Origin: an uncultured delta proteobacterium
GTDB taxonomy: Bacteria > Desulfobacterota > Desulfobacteria > Desulfobacterales > Desulfatirhabdiaceae
Direction: 5' to 3'
Length of the DNA stretch: 64,000 bases
Assembly: GCA_963789395.1 (NCBI GenBank)
Contig: CAWBKP010000024.1
Location: forward strand, 224,001 to 288,000
Program-made: the position numbers and the translations under genes
Notes under the pieces: model-generated
What the model saw: only the letters and a program-made list of their open reading frames with translations
Database searches by the model: none
Told to the model about the DNA's origin: nothing
Shown here: one piece after another, positions 42,652 through 55,241 of the stretch
Layout of the letters: the number at the start of each line of letters is the position of its first letter
Numbering within the stretch: position 1 is the first letter of the stretch

Positions 42652-44112
42652 TTACTTTGTTTTTGCCTGATCAAGCGCCTGTTGCAGTTTGTCTCCAAGG
42701 GTTCCAACGGAACGGGAAGATTTCTGGGGAGAATACTGCTGCCAGTTATCGTCTTCCGGTGCATCCAGCCTCAGGGTGATTCTCCTTTCATCCGGCTTGA
42801 TCTCATCAATCACAACTGTCAGGGCACGGCCCGGTTTCAGGGATTCAACTGCGGCGGATTGTCCGGAGGCCCGGATTCTGTTAAGCGGCAGGCTCCCGAC
42901 AATGCCAGGCTCCAGGGTGATGACATACCCCCATTTTTCGCGTTTTTGAATCATGCCTTCCAGTGTCTGGCCGGCCTTGAATTTTTCGGGAACATCCATC
43001 CACGGGTCTCCTTCGGCATCCTTGATGCTGAGGGAAACGCGCTTTTTCAACACATCGATTTCCTTGATCAGGACATAGACATCCTCTCCCGGTCGAAGAA
43101 AATCTTCCGGCCGGTTGACCCGCTGGGTATAGCTGATTTCGGAAAGGTGAACCAGCCCGTCGATGCCGGGCGCAAGTTCCACGAAAGCCCCGAAAGGCGC
43201 AAGCCGTGTTATCCTTCCCTTTACCCGATCGCCTGCATGAAATAGCTCGTTGATATGGTCCCAGGGATTATCCAGGACCTGTTTGACGGACAGGGCGATC
43301 TTCGGATCACCTTCCGGTCTGGGCTGAATCGTGGTGACGACCACCTGTAGCGTATCATCGATTTTCAGGACGTCCTCTGGTTTTTCAATGTGCGACCAGC
43401 TGATTTCCGATATCGGCACCAGGCCCGACAACCCGGGTATCAGTTCGACGAACGCGCCGTAAGGCATGATTCTGGAGACCTTGCCGGCGCAGACTGCTCC
43501 TACGGAAAGTTTTTCCAGATAGTCCGCTTTTTTGATCTCCATGTCCTGTTGTAACAAGGCACGCCTGGAAACAACGATATTCTTGCCCCGCTCTTCAAAC
43601 TGAAGGATCAGAAAATCAAAGGATTGACCGATGAAGGATTCCGGATTGTCAATATAGGACAGATCCATCTGGCTGACGGGACAAAAGGCGCGGGTATGAT
43701 GAATGTCCACATGAAATCCGCCCTTGCACGTTTCGATGACTTTTCCGTTTACCGGAATCGCGTTATGATAGGCGTCATTGAGCACGGTGTTGTCTCCAGA
43801 TCCGGATATGGCTTTTGACAGCAGGATTTCATCCTCTTTGGATGAAACCACGTAAAGCGAAACAACATCCCCGACGGCGTAAAGAAACTCCCCCTTGGCA
43901 TCGAGCAGATCCGCCCTGTTGGCCACCCCGTCAATCTGGGTTCCGGTGTCCAGAAAAACGGTATCTTTTCCAATTGAAATGATCCGGCAGGCTATTTTCT
44001 GGCCAACCTCTATATTTCGGGTGATTTTAGAGCTGTAAGACTCGAGCATGTCCGCAAAACTGGGTTCGCCGTCTTCCGGCGCTGGGGGGTCTTCTTCAGA
44101 AAAGGATGACAT
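42652..44112 (-). CDS. rpsA: 30S ribosomal protein S1-family protein (about five S1 repeats, possibly a paralogue)
   Basis: AFCPVSQ, NIVVSRR, YGAFVEL..GLVPISEISW, FGAFVELAPGIDGLVHLSEISY, TLGDKLQQAL. Confidence 0.8.
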   Translation of the reverse strand: MSSFSEEDPPAPEDGEPSFADMLESYSSKITRNIEVGQKIACRIISIGKDTVFLDTGTQIDGVANRADLLDAKGEFLYAVGDVVSLYVVSSKEDEILLSKAISGSGDNTVLNDAYHNAIPVNGKVIETCKGGFHVDIHHTRAFCPVSQMDLSYIDNPESFIGQSFDFLILQFEERGKNIVVSRRALLQQDMEIKKADYLEKLSVGAVCAGKVSRIMPYGAFVELIPGLSGLVPISEISWSHIEKPEDVLKIDDTLQVVVTTIQPRPEGDPKIALSVKQVLDNPWDHINELFHAGDRVKGRITRLAPFGAFVELAPGIDGLVHLSEISYTQRVNRPEDFLRPGEDVYVLIKEIDVLKKRVSLSIKDAEGDPWMDVPEKFKAGQTLEGMIQKREKWGYVITLEPGIVGSLPLNRIRASGQSAAVESLKPGRALTVVIDEIKPDERRITLRLDAPEDDNWQQYSPQKSSRSVGTLGDKLQQALDQAKTK

Positions 44113-44341
44113 CTTATCGTTTTCCTCATATTCGTTTAATTGAATGGGTGACTGACAGCGGGCTTGCGCAAACCGATCTTGGCATAACCAGCCGGGCAGG
44201 TTGCCGGCTTTGTTAAAGTACGCCATCTAAGTTGAAATTATCGGAACTATCAGACAAAACAGGCAAGTTGTCAATCTTTTACAGCAGCACAGTAAAAACA
44301 CAGGAAAGGGCAGGACCGGTGCAGCGTTGTCAGATGGGTAT

Positions 44342-46072
44342 TTATGACGATATCGCTTTACACGCTACCCATTGTGCACTGACTGCGTGAGGGGTGTCTG
44401 CATTGGCTTTGGCACGTGACAGAGACAGCGCAGCAGGGTTTTTTTCATAAAAAGTATCCGGCTCATACATCCAGCCGGCTGCCAGACGTTTTTCTTCTTT
44501 TTTAAGCGAGAAATTGAGATATCGACCTATCAGGGGCGCGCTGATTCTGGACTTCCATCCAAACGCGGCATACAGATCAGATAAAAGCGAATTCAGTCGA
44601 CTGGCCATCTCATGGTTTTCTCCATACCATTTTCGCATCGCCCAGACTGCGGCGGCCGAGGAAACGCCCAGGGACTGGGCCTCCCATAAAAAACGGTTCC
44701 GGATACGCGGGTTGGAATGATTTTTATGTCGCTGCCAGCCGGTCAACTGGGTTCGTATCAGGCGAGCCAGACTGGGTCCGTTGACTTTGAAATCCTGGAT
44801 GAAGGCTTCCCTGAGAAAGGTTTCTTCCTCTCCGCCTGGAATATGCGGGTGCCGGAAATTGAACCGGTACTGTCCGTGGGCGTCGGCATGGGGGAATTCA
44901 GCAGGATCGATAAGCGTTTTCTCCGCTTTATGCTTTTCATACAGCGCTGTGCCGGAATTGGGTGTATACAGCATGAATTGGTGAAAATCGGTTCCATGAC
45001 TGACAGCGTGGTCAATTATCCGGGGCATGTCTTCCGGCCGGTGATGTTCCATGCCGATGATGGAAGATCCGAGCACCCGGATGCCGTGAGACTGCAACGT
45101 CCGGACCAGGGATCGGGTATCGATGTTTTTGAGCTTCTGATACTGGCTTTGTTCCCCTTCAAGTCCCATCCACACCCAAGATATGCCGAGTCCGATGAGC
45201 TGCTCCATGCTGTATGACCGTAAAACGCGGGCAGAGCTGAACACATACAGTGCCCAGCCTTTGTTATGCAGTTCCATTAATTCGAGCAGCCGCAGCGCCC
45301 GGCGGCGATGCAACAGGAAATTCTCATCCATGACAAAGAACGACTGGATTCTGAGCCGTTTTTCAAGCTCGCACATTACATTGAACAGTTCGTCTCCGGT
45401 TTCATAGAAATTGACAAATTTTCCTTTGCCGCCAAAAAGCGCCGAGGTCGAGCAGAAATTACATCCGACAGGACATCCCACCGAAGGCAGCAGCATGGCG
45501 GCGGTGCTACCGGGCTTTTCCTTCAGCGTCATTCCCATGATGCGTGTCCCGTATCCCGAATACGACAGCGGATGACGAACCGGGGCGTGGACATCCTGGC
45601 CGAGAAAGGCCCTGAACCAGGCGACCCCGTCTCCCTTGACGATATGGTCGGCATCGACCATATCACAAATGGCCTCCAGATTCGCCACGTGGCCGCCGAC
45701 AACCAGGGCGGCCCGGGGTTGATGTCGCCGCACCAGCTCGCACATCCGGATGATTTTGCCGACATTCGGAATAATCCCGCTGATGCCGATGATGTCATAG
45801 GTATTTTGCGTGATTTCCTCGATAAAGCGGTCCTGGGTCGGAAAATCTAGCAGGGTGCAGGGCGCATCGATATTGTTCTGAATGAGCATCAAGCCGAAAC
45901 TGCGATGAAACATGCGAAGGGAAAGTGCACCCTGAAAACGGGTCACCTGATTATGATAGAGTTCCATCGGGTTGATTTTTCGGCTGCCGAATGCGTCATC
46001 CTGGGCGTAAGGGCCGAAAACGCTGGACAAAAGAACCCTGGCCCTTGTTTCCAGTGGGTGTGTCGTCGCCAT
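44342..46072 (-). CDS. Cobalamin-binding radical SAM protein
   Basis: B12 domain (VVGGH, GDG); GCPVGCNFC; MDENF; WMGLE. Confidence 0.87.
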   Translation of the reverse strand: MATTHPLETRARVLLSSVFGPYAQDDAFGSRKINPMELYHNQVTRFQGALSLRMFHRSFGLMLIQNNIDAPCTLLDFPTQDRFIEEITQNTYDIIGISGIIPNVGKIIRMCELVRRHQPRAALVVGGHVANLEAICDMVDADHIVKGDGVAWFRAFLGQDVHAPVRHPLSYSGYGTRIMGMTLKEKPGSTAAMLLPSVGCPVGCNFCSTSALFGGKGKFVNFYETGDELFNVMCELEKRLRIQSFFVMDENFLLHRRRALRLLELMELHNKGWALYVFSSARVLRSYSMEQLIGLGISWVWMGLEGEQSQYQKLKNIDTRSLVRTLQSHGIRVLGSSIIGMEHHRPEDMPRIIDHAVSHGTDFHQFMLYTPNSGTALYEKHKAEKTLIDPAEFPHADAHGQYRFNFRHPHIPGGEEETFLREAFIQDFKVNGPSLARLIRTQLTGWQRHKNHSNPRIRNRFLWEAQSLGVSSAAAVWAMRKWYGENHEMASRLNSLLSDLYAAFGWKSRISAPLIGRYLNFSLKKEEKRLAAGWMYEPDTFYEKNPAALSLSRAKANADTPHAVSAQWVACKAISS

Positions 46073-46189
46073 GATGTGTCTCCTTGTTTGCGGTTGACCG
46101 TACTCTGGGAGACATCATTGTAACCCAAAAGAGCTGAGCAGGATAGACGACATGCGGTTTATTACAATGATATTACAAAGCTAAAAATA

Positions 46190-46936
46190 TTAACCGATGG
46201 TGTCTACCGCGGCAAACCGGGGTTCATGAAGCGGAATGAGGATGTCTGCCAGGGATTTGACCTTCAGCATCAGGTTGTACGCTTCAACGACATTGACATG
46301 GGTACCCGGAGGGATGACCTCCATTTCCATGGCTTTGACAGCGGCAGGCGGATCAAAATTTTCCATGATGACGCAAAAACCCGTTAAGGCCGCCTTGCCT
46401 TCATGGGTTTGAATCAGAACCGTCAGCCCGCCCGGAGTATGCGCCGGCGTGTGCAGGACGGAAATGCCGGGAACAATTTCCGTGTCTTCGTGAATGGTTT
46501 GAATCTGATTGTTTTCCTCAATTTCGCAGATGTAATCTTCCATGTAGCGATAATCCAGGGGATGGGGATTGTGGATGGTTTCAAGCTCTTTTTGATGCAC
46601 GTAAAACCGGGCATGGGTGCATTTGTAATCGTTTTCGCAGTGGTCGTTGTGAAGGTGGGTATGGATGACAATATCGATGTCTTCAGGGGTCAAATTCCAG
46701 CGCGCCAGGCCTTCCTCAAACCGGTAGATTTTACCGCCGATGGCTTTTTCACGTTCAGATGATTGAATCGGATTCAGTTCGCCTGTGTCCACCAGAATTC
46801 GTGCGCCGTCACCTTCTATGTACCAGCAGTAAATCGGAATGGTATAGGGCTGTCCCTGACCGTGCTGGTAGGTCATCATGCTTTTGTCAAATACCTTGGT
46901 GCCCATAACGATAGGATGAATGCGATATGTTTCCAT
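46190..46936 (-). CDS. MBL-fold metallohydrolase (N-acyl homoserine lactonase-like family)
   Basis: LVDTG, THLHNDH, TPAHTPG, IPLH. Confidence 0.85.
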   Translation of the reverse strand: METYRIHPIVMGTKVFDKSMMTYQHGQGQPYTIPIYCWYIEGDGARILVDTGELNPIQSSEREKAIGGKIYRFEEGLARWNLTPEDIDIVIHTHLHNDHCENDYKCTHARFYVHQKELETIHNPHPLDYRYMEDYICEIEENNQIQTIHEDTEIVPGISVLHTPAHTPGGLTVLIQTHEGKAALTGFCVIMENFDPPAAVKAMEMEVIPPGTHVNVVEAYNLMLKVKSLADILIPLHEPRFAAVDTIG

Positions 46937-47188
46937 AAATCACCTCTTTCGTTTGAGTGTCTCATCAAATTGGCACAGATTTATGCTTCAAAGGAAAATC
47001 TGTCAAGAAGTTATTCGGAATTAAACGTAATTCTTAATTTGATTCAGCAATAATTATATTATTGTACTTATATTATGTTTTCTGTTATGGGAGAAATCTA
47101 ATAGACTTAGCCTCAGGCGACGGCAATATGTCAGGAGGAATCCTCCTTAACACTACCGATACAACATCGATTTTGTCAGGTGAAACTT

Positions 47189-49370
47189 ATGGCTCCAAAA
47201 CCCAGTTATGAAGAACTGGAGCATAGAATTCAGACATTGGAATCAACGGATATCTTCGAACTGGAGCAGTCAAAGCAGACGCTCCAGAAACGCGCCGAAG
47301 AACTGATCACCCTGAACACCCTGGGACGAGAACTCATTACCGCGAATTCCCAGGAGCAGACCTGTGCGGTCGGCCTTCGCGGAATGGTCAGTGCGGTTCG
47401 TCCGGATCTGGCGTTTCTTTTTCTGCGACAAGAAGAAAGGCTCATCTTGCAGGATATTTTGCCGCCATCTTTCAGGCAGCGTCTGGGGGATATTCCCGAA
47501 CACCGTGTCGGTGAGTGCCTGTGCGGCCTGGTTGTCAAGGAAAACAAGCCGATTTATTCCAGGAATATAATGGATGATCCGCGCTGCACCTTGGAAGAAT
47601 GCAAGAAAGCCGGCCTTATTTCGTTTGCCGCCCTGCCGCTGCGCTGCGCGGAGGAAACCATCGGCGTAATCGGTTTGGCCTCAGAAACCTTACGGGATTT
47701 TGAACTGCAGGCCGGTTTTCTGGAAACACTTGCCAGCCTGGTTGCCGTTTCTCTGGCAAACGCCCGGCTGTTTGACGCGGTTCAGCAGGAACTGGCGGAG
47801 CGAAAGCGGGCCGAAGCACTCGGCGCATGCTGATAGGGAAAGACTGCAGACCCTTTTACAGTATGCACCTGTCGGCATATTTCTGATAGATGTATCCGGA
47901 AAATTCAGTTATGCCAATCCAAAATTTAAGGAAATCTTTGGATATGACCTGATGGACATACCCGATGGAAAAACGTGGTTCCGGCTGGTCTATCCGGACC
48001 CGCATTACAGAGAACAGGTCATCTCGGACTGGATGCATGACCTGAATGCCCATCAGGCGGGAGAACAGCGGCCCAGGGTCTTTGATGTCATCTGTAAAGA
48101 CGGCGGGAAAAAAACCATTAATTTCATCCCTGTCAGCCTGGCAACCGGCGAAAATATTGTAGTCTGCGAGGATATTACCGAGCGGTTGGCCCTGGAAGAC
48201 CAGCTTCAGCACGCTCAGCGGATGGAGGCCGTTGGTATTCTGGCAGGCGGGGTAGCCCATGACTTCAATAACCTGCTTCAGGCCATCAGCGGTTATACCC
48301 AGATAATGATGCTGGATAAAGTCGACGGTGATCCGGACCTGCTCAGACTGAAAGCGATTGATAAATCGATTGCCCGGGCTGCCCAGCTTGTCCGACAGCT
48401 TTTACTGTTCAGCCGTAAGGAAATGGTTGAGCGCCGCAACGTCAATCTCAGCCAGGAAATGGGACAGGTTGTCAGGATTCTGGAACGCACGATTCCCAGA
48501 ATGATCGAAATCGAACTGCATCCGGGCACCCGACTGTGGACGGTGAAAGCCGATCCTGCACAAATCGAGCAGGCGCTGTTGAATCTGGGGATCAATGCAT
48601 CGGACGCCATGCCGGATGGGGGACGGCTCACCATTGAAATCCGGAATGCGGTGGTGAAAGATATGCTTGCCGGACAGCGCAACGGTATTCCTGCGGGAAA
48701 CTATGTGCTGGTGCGTGTTTCCGACACCGGATGCGGCATGAGCAAAGAAACCCTTGATCACATCTACGAACCGTTTTTTACCACCAAAGGAATCGGCAAG
48801 GGAACGGGTCTGGGGTTGGCATCGGTTTATGGGATTGTCAAGAGCCACGGCGGCTATATTAACTGTGAAAGTGTCTCCGGCAAGGGAACGACGTTCACGA
48901 TATATCTGCCTGCCATCGACACAGAGGATCCCGATGCTGTGCTTTCTCCGTCTGAAACACCACCCAACGGCGGAGCGGAAACCATTCTTGTTGTGGACGA
49001 CGTGCCGGATATCAGGCAACTGGCCATGCAAATGCTGCAACATTTCGGTTATACGGTCATGACAGCCGCCAGCGGTGAAGAGGCGATTGAGCTTCACCTT
49101 GACCGGAAATCGGCGATCGACCTGACCATTCTGGATCTGGGTATGCCGGGTATCGGGGGAAGCCGTTGTCTGCAGGAACTGCTGGCGATCAATCCTTTTG
49201 CTAAAATTCTGATCGCCAGCGGGTATTGTTCCGACGACACGGTGAAAAACGCCCTGGAATCCGGGGCTGCCGGTTTCATCGGTAAGCCGTATCAATTGCC
49301 GGATTTGCTGAGCCGGGTGCGAATCATTCTGGGCAGGCCGGCAGCATTATCAGATCGAGTTGCCGTGTAA
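47189..49370 (+). CDS. Hybrid sensor kinase GAF-PAS-HisKA-HATPase-REC (indel near 47820)
   Basis: GAF (GECLCG, AALPL); GGVAHDFNNLL; FFTTK..GTGLGL; ILVVDD, LDLGMP, KPY. Confidence 0.9.
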
Positions 49371-49486
49371 TTCTAATTGTAAGCATTCGCCTCGTAACCA
49401 TCCTTGCTTTCACGCCTTACCGTCAATGAAAGTAATACGTTTCCCCCTATTTTCATGGTAATGATTCTGCCTGTAGTTTTTGGCAG

Positions 49487-52344
49487 CTATGCGCCCGGAT
49501 AACTGTACGTCAGCGCACCGTAAATCCGAAGCAGCCTGGCCGGAAGCTCCCGTACATCTGATATCACGTTGTGATGGACGCTGCCATACAGATCATCGAG
49601 TCTGGCATCGCTTTGCATGTTTACGGTGATGGCATGGGTATGGATACGGCGGGTAAGAGCCTCTCCAATGGCTTTTCGGGTATCTGAAATGGCATATTCC
49701 CGCTTGTAGTCCAGATCATTGGGGAACCCGTCTCCCAGAACCACCATCAGCCTGACCTTGGCCGGGAATTTATCAAACTGCGCGGTTGCGTGACGGATGG
49801 CCGCGCCCATTCGCGTGCTTCGCTGGGGTGTAAGGGCGCTGATTCGTTTGCGAACGGCGGCATTCAACGGCTCATCGAATTCCTTGATGTGCGTATAATC
49901 CACGGAGAAGCGGCCGTTTCCGGAAAAACCGGCAATGGCAAAGGTGTCTCCCACAATGCCCAGGGCTTCGCAAAACAGCACCATGGCCTCTTTTTCAACA
50001 TCCAGCACCGTTGTACCGGCATCAGATGCGTTGTTTGAAAGGGTGTTGGCCGTTGAACGGGAAAGATCAACCAGCAGCAGGACAGCCACATTCCGCTCCT
50101 GCTTGATTCGCTTGATATACAGACGATCAGATGGAATCCGTCCCGCCTTTTGATCCAGAACAAAATCCAGCATGGCCCGGTAATCCAGTTCGTCGCCTTC
50201 TGTCCAGTTTCGCAGCAGCTTCAGTCCCTGGGGCTTCATCAGTTCGAAGGCATAGCGGATCTGGCTGACCAACTCCCGGTATCGTTCCAGCGTCTGATCA
50301 TAAAAGCCGGCGGTTGCGCCTGCCATCATACGATCTACGACCCGAACATAATTGTGCAGATAATCGCTGTGATGACCGTCCCACTCCGGGTACCAGGATG
50401 CAGGGAGCGTATCGGGAACGGCAGAATTGTCCATCAAACCGGGAATCTCGGACAAGTTCGCAAGATCCGACAGATCAACGGTAACAGCAGCAGTGTGAAC
50501 TGTGTTTTCACATGGGCCTGTGTCTTGAAAAGCCCGCAACAGTTCAAGTATATCGTCCTTGCTTATTTTTCCGTCACGTTGGTATAGAAGTTTTCTGATT
50601 CCTGATTTGTAAACCCTGATCACCTTTTTCAGCCAATTTGCGGTGTAATAGGGTTGTTTTTGCCTCATATTCCAGATCCATTGCCAAATCCGGTCGCAAC
50701 CCTCTGGCAAAAGGGGTTTTCAACCGGTAATCTTTTTTGGGGCAAGCTGTCTGCAAAAAGAGTTCAATCCGGGGATAGGTTTTCCATACCAGTGCGGCGC
50801 AGTCCTCAACCCCTGCGGTTATTGTGATCATCCGGCAAAAATCAATACCAACGGCATGGATGACGGAATCCAGGTTTGATTGAATTCCGGAGACGACATT
50901 ACCTTGATTTCAACACGGATGCCGAGTGCAATTCTCAAATAGAGTGCTTCGAGGGGATGTTCCAGCAAGTTGTCCGGATAAATTCTTGCGGCCTCAGCGA
51001 CTAAAACAGGCTGCGACTGCCGGATAATTCCCGGATAGCGCTGTTTCAAAAGGACCCGTATCCTGCCATGCTCAAAAATAGTCAGTAAATCGGCAGCCAG
51101 GCCGGGATTGGGAAAAATCCGGCAAAACAGGTGCATGTCTGAAGCCGGTAAGCCATCCCTGCCGGTTTTCTGACCCCCCCCACTGGCGGCATCACCCATC
51201 CGGAGTTGGCCGCATCCTGTATTTGATTGCCGCATGCTGTGTTTCAGTAGCTTCAGTGTCACCGCACGCTGTTAATTGCCTTTTCCAGATCGAATTCGTA
51301 GGTTTCGAATTCGTGATAACCGGTTTCAAGCCGGGTCAGGCATTTATACAGGAAAAGGTTTTCAGGTTTCGTAGTTAAAGCGGCTGATTTCATCCGGCAG
51401 GAAAATCCGGTTTCCGCAGGAACATACCAGCGGCTTTTCGGAGTGAAGAAATCGGTTGCCGAAAGTTCGGACATCGGACGGACACAAAGCGGCCTGCCGA
51501 GCCTGGCCTGAATATAGCGGTTCAAGCCTGGCTGAATCTGAGAAAGCGATACGGCAACCTGAAGTTCATCCACCAGATCCCTGGCCTGTTTGGATTCAAG
51601 GGATAAAAACCGGGATCCTGCCGCCTTGTCACGGCAGAATCTGTCCAGTCCTTCAGAGACAAATCGGGGCAGGGCATGAGCGTCTAATAAAGACCCTCCC
51701 CGCTGCATGCCATCGAGAAAACCGTCGATCAGATCCGGATCAGCCTGAGCGACCCGCATCAGTTGAATGATCTGAAACAGCCTGCGGGAAGCAGGAAATG
51801 ATTGCACGGCTTTGGGGATGATGTGGCAGAGATGTTTGCACTGGTTATAGGAAAGACCCGGGGAAAGGGCGCTGCCGATAAGTTCCAGAAAGGCCATGCC
51901 GGATTCGATATCTGCGGATTCAATAAGATTAGACAGGGTTTCAAACGGGCTTTTCAGCGTATAGGTTCCAATCTTCAGCAGGGCATCGGTCGTTTCATTG
52001 AATCGTTCGATCAGCTTATTATCGCCTGTCTTAAGAACCGGGACCAGGTGAATGGCAATGATTCGGCCGATAGCAGCATTTATTTCTCCGGTTTCCCTGA
52101 CCCTGCAGCGGAACATTTCCAAATGCTCCGGGGCCGCGCTTCCGGCCAGTTCGATGAGCCCGGTTGCAATTGCCTGTCCCAGCGCTGTTTCCTGAGACAG
52201 TCCCCAGATCGTTTCCGCAACAATCAACCCAAGCTCAATTTCAGTTACCGGGGGATGATGATCCAACAACTTTATTTGAACCATAGATGCCGTTTCCGGG
52301 TCTGCCAGAAACAGCATGGACATCAGTTCATCACGTTCTGACAT
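49487..52344 (-). CDS. Large NorD/CbbO-like VWA protein (several indels)
   Basis: Four ORF pieces 51259..52449, 50828..51262, 50574..50831, 49487..50710; FEHGRI, YPEWD, GDELD, MIDAS DLSRS, TRMGAAIRHA, GDGFPND. Confidence 0.75.
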
Positions 52345-52656
52345 GTCTTTCCTTGAACATTTTGGAAGCATAATTTTATAATGTTTATGATATTTGCATA
52401 AACGATAATTTTTGGCGACAAAAATCAGTTGACGCCCCGGTTCCAGCAACCGAAAATCATGGCTCGGTGTTCAACAAACTATTGACAACCGCAGGAAAAA
52501 CCAGCTTAGGTGTATGAGTGATTGCCCCGTTATGCCTACTGTTTGCCAACCTGTGTTTGGCGAACCGCTGGCGGATTATTCGGCGTTTGCAGCACTGGCA
52601 GGTGCTTTATATCAAAAAAATGTAAATAGACGGCAGGAGGCTTTGCAATCATTCAA

Positions 52657-53566
52657 ATGAGAGTCACTGATATTGTTAAACGTAATAACAGGCTTGAAGG
52701 CGGGCTTGCTTATCTGTTTCTGGTGATCGCGCCGTTATGTTGGGCAGCCAACGCTGTTCTGGCCCGGGGCGTGGTCCACCTCATTCCGCCGGTCAGTTTT
52801 GCATTCTGGCGGTGGATGATCGCCTTTCTAATCCTTTTGCCCTTTACGTGGTTTAATGTCAAACAGGACTGGAAAACGGCGATTAAGCATTGGAAGATCA
52901 TGGCCGCATTGTCGATTCTGGGGATCAGCTGTTTTAACACCCTGCTGTACACCGCCGTCCATACCACGACAGCCATAAATGTCTCACTGATTCAGACGGC
53001 GATGCCCGCCATGATTATCCTGATCGCCCGTCTGTTTTTTTATGAACGTATCCGGAAAATCCAGCTTGTCGGGGTGATTTGCTGCATTTTGGGCGCTTCT
53101 CTGGTGGTCTTGCGAGGAAACATCCTCACCTTTATGGACCTGTCCTTTGTTCAAGGCGACTTGTTGATGCTTACCGCGGTTTTTCTTTATGCCCTGTACT
53201 GCGTGCTGCTGCGGAAGCGGCCGCCCATGCATTCCATGAGTTTATTGACATATCACCTTCGGCCTCGGGGTACTGGGGTTGCTTCCCTTGTACGTCTGGG
53301 AGACATTGACACTGGGTCCTTTTGTTTTTACCTGGGAGGTGGTTCAGAGCATCCTCTATGTTGCGGTGTTCCCGTCGATTGTTGCCTATTTTTGCTGGAA
53401 CCGTGGTATCGAGATGATAGGCGCCAATCGTGCCGGGCTGTTTATTAACCTGGTTCCGGTTTTTGCTTCCATCATGGCGATTTTATGGTTGAATGAGTCG
53501 CTGGAAATATTTCATGTTGCAGGCATGACGCTGATTTTCGGCGGAATGATTCTGTTCAACCGATGA
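52657..53566 (+). CDS. DMT/EamA family transporter (indel near 53260)
   Basis: PPVSFAFWRW, HTTTAIN, GDLLML, AYFCWNRG, FINLVPVF. Confidence 0.87.
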
Positions 53567-53817
53567 TTTTAGAAATAATGCATGACGTTATTCGCAATAG
53601 TCTATTTGTGACCTGTTTTTTTGTTGCAAAGCCCGCAGTGGCTATTGTATTTTTGAAAAATTGATCGTCTTGTTTTTGGGTCAATGACAATTCTCCCTTC
53701 ATTTGCTGGATCTAACCGAATTGCTTTACGATTTGGTGATTGATTTGCCCCAACGCCCCGTATGCAGTTTACATTCGAGTGTTTATTCTTCGGGGCACTG
53801 AAAAAGGAGAGCCCACG

Positions 53818-55196
53818 ATGAAAAAAAACTGTTGTATTGCCTGGGTCGTGTTGTTGCTGTCTGCTGTCCACTTGCTGCCGAATGGTGCTTTTGCTGATTC
53901 ACCTGAATTCAGCAGGGTGTCGTCAGCGCTTTCTACCCGCCTCTGGCCAGAGCATCAAATTCGCCGTGTTCTCGGATCCCCATTATTACGACAGCACGCT
54001 GGGAACAACGGGTGAAGCTTTTGAAGTTACCTGAACAGTGATCGCAAGATGATCCGTGAAAGTGATGCTATCCTGAATGCCGCCATCAGTGGTTTGAAAC
54101 AGGACAATATCAAGTTCGTTTTAATCTCAGGAGATCTGACCAAGGATGGCGAGTTTTCCAGTCACACGAAATTTGCTGCCTATCTCAAGGAGATGGAAGT
54201 CAGCGGCATTGAGGTGTATGTAGTTCCTGGCAACCACGACATCAACAATCCGGATGCTGTTTCCTATAGCGGCGCCATGACCACTCCCGTGCCCAGGGTC
54301 AGCCCGGAAGATTTTGCACGGATTTACAAACAATTTGGATTCGGACAGGCGATTGCCAGAGACCCGAACTCCCTGACTTACCTGGTGGAGCCGGTGGCGG
54401 GACTTTATGTTCTGGCCATGGATGCCTGCCGGTACCGGGAAAATGTGGACTCGCCCATTACAGGTGGCCGATTCAGTCAGGAGACCCTGGATTGGATCCT
54501 TGTAATCGCATGGGCCAAGGCCGGTAACAAGCAGATTATAGGTTTCATGCACCACGGGGTTGTGGCGCATTATTCCATGCAGCCCCTGCTGTTCGCTGAG
54601 TATCTCGTTGATGACTGGACAAGGGTTTCCAGGATGTTTGCCGATGCCGGCATGCGGATGGTCTTTACCGGCCATTATCATGCTCAGGATGTCGTCAAAC
54701 GCGTGGTCAAACCCGGCAGAATCCCGTCCTTCATATTCGATGTGGAAACTGGATCACTGGTGACCTATCCGGTTCCTTACCGATGTGACTATTGGTCACC
54801 ATAGGATGAGACACAGTCTCTTTTCCAGATTGAAAGCCGACTCATCACGCAGATCGATTACGATACCGGGGGAATTCCGTTTCCCCAGTACGCGTTGCAA
54901 TATCTGGAGGATGGGCTTCTGGTTATCGCCCAAACCATTCTCGTCGATGCCTTTGGACTGGATCAAGTTACTGCGCAAGCCTTTGCGCCGGATGTCGTAA
55001 AAGCATTTGAGGCCAATTATGTGGGCGACGAAAAGCCGGATGCTGACACATTGCAGACGGCGCTTTCCTATGTGCGGATGCCGGATCCGACTGTTAAACT
55101 GATCGGCTTCGGTATTTTCAGCCTCTGGAACGATCTGTCCCTGCGGATAACAACCTAAATATCAATTTGCAAACTGGCGCTGCATCTCCGAAATAA
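53818..55196 (+). CDS. Exported calcineurin-like metallophosphoesterase (several indels)
   Basis: Signal peptide; FSDPH, GDLTKDG, PGNHD, HH, TGHYH. Confidence 0.78.
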
Positions 55197-55241
55197 ACAT
55201 TTATCCTCTCAATTAGAAAACTGCAAGCTAAGGAAACTATC

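Noticed and set aside
46970..46988. Sigma54-like TGGCAC...TGC site upstream of the hybrid kinase
   Set aside because: GG-to-GC spacing is 11 rather than the required 10 nt
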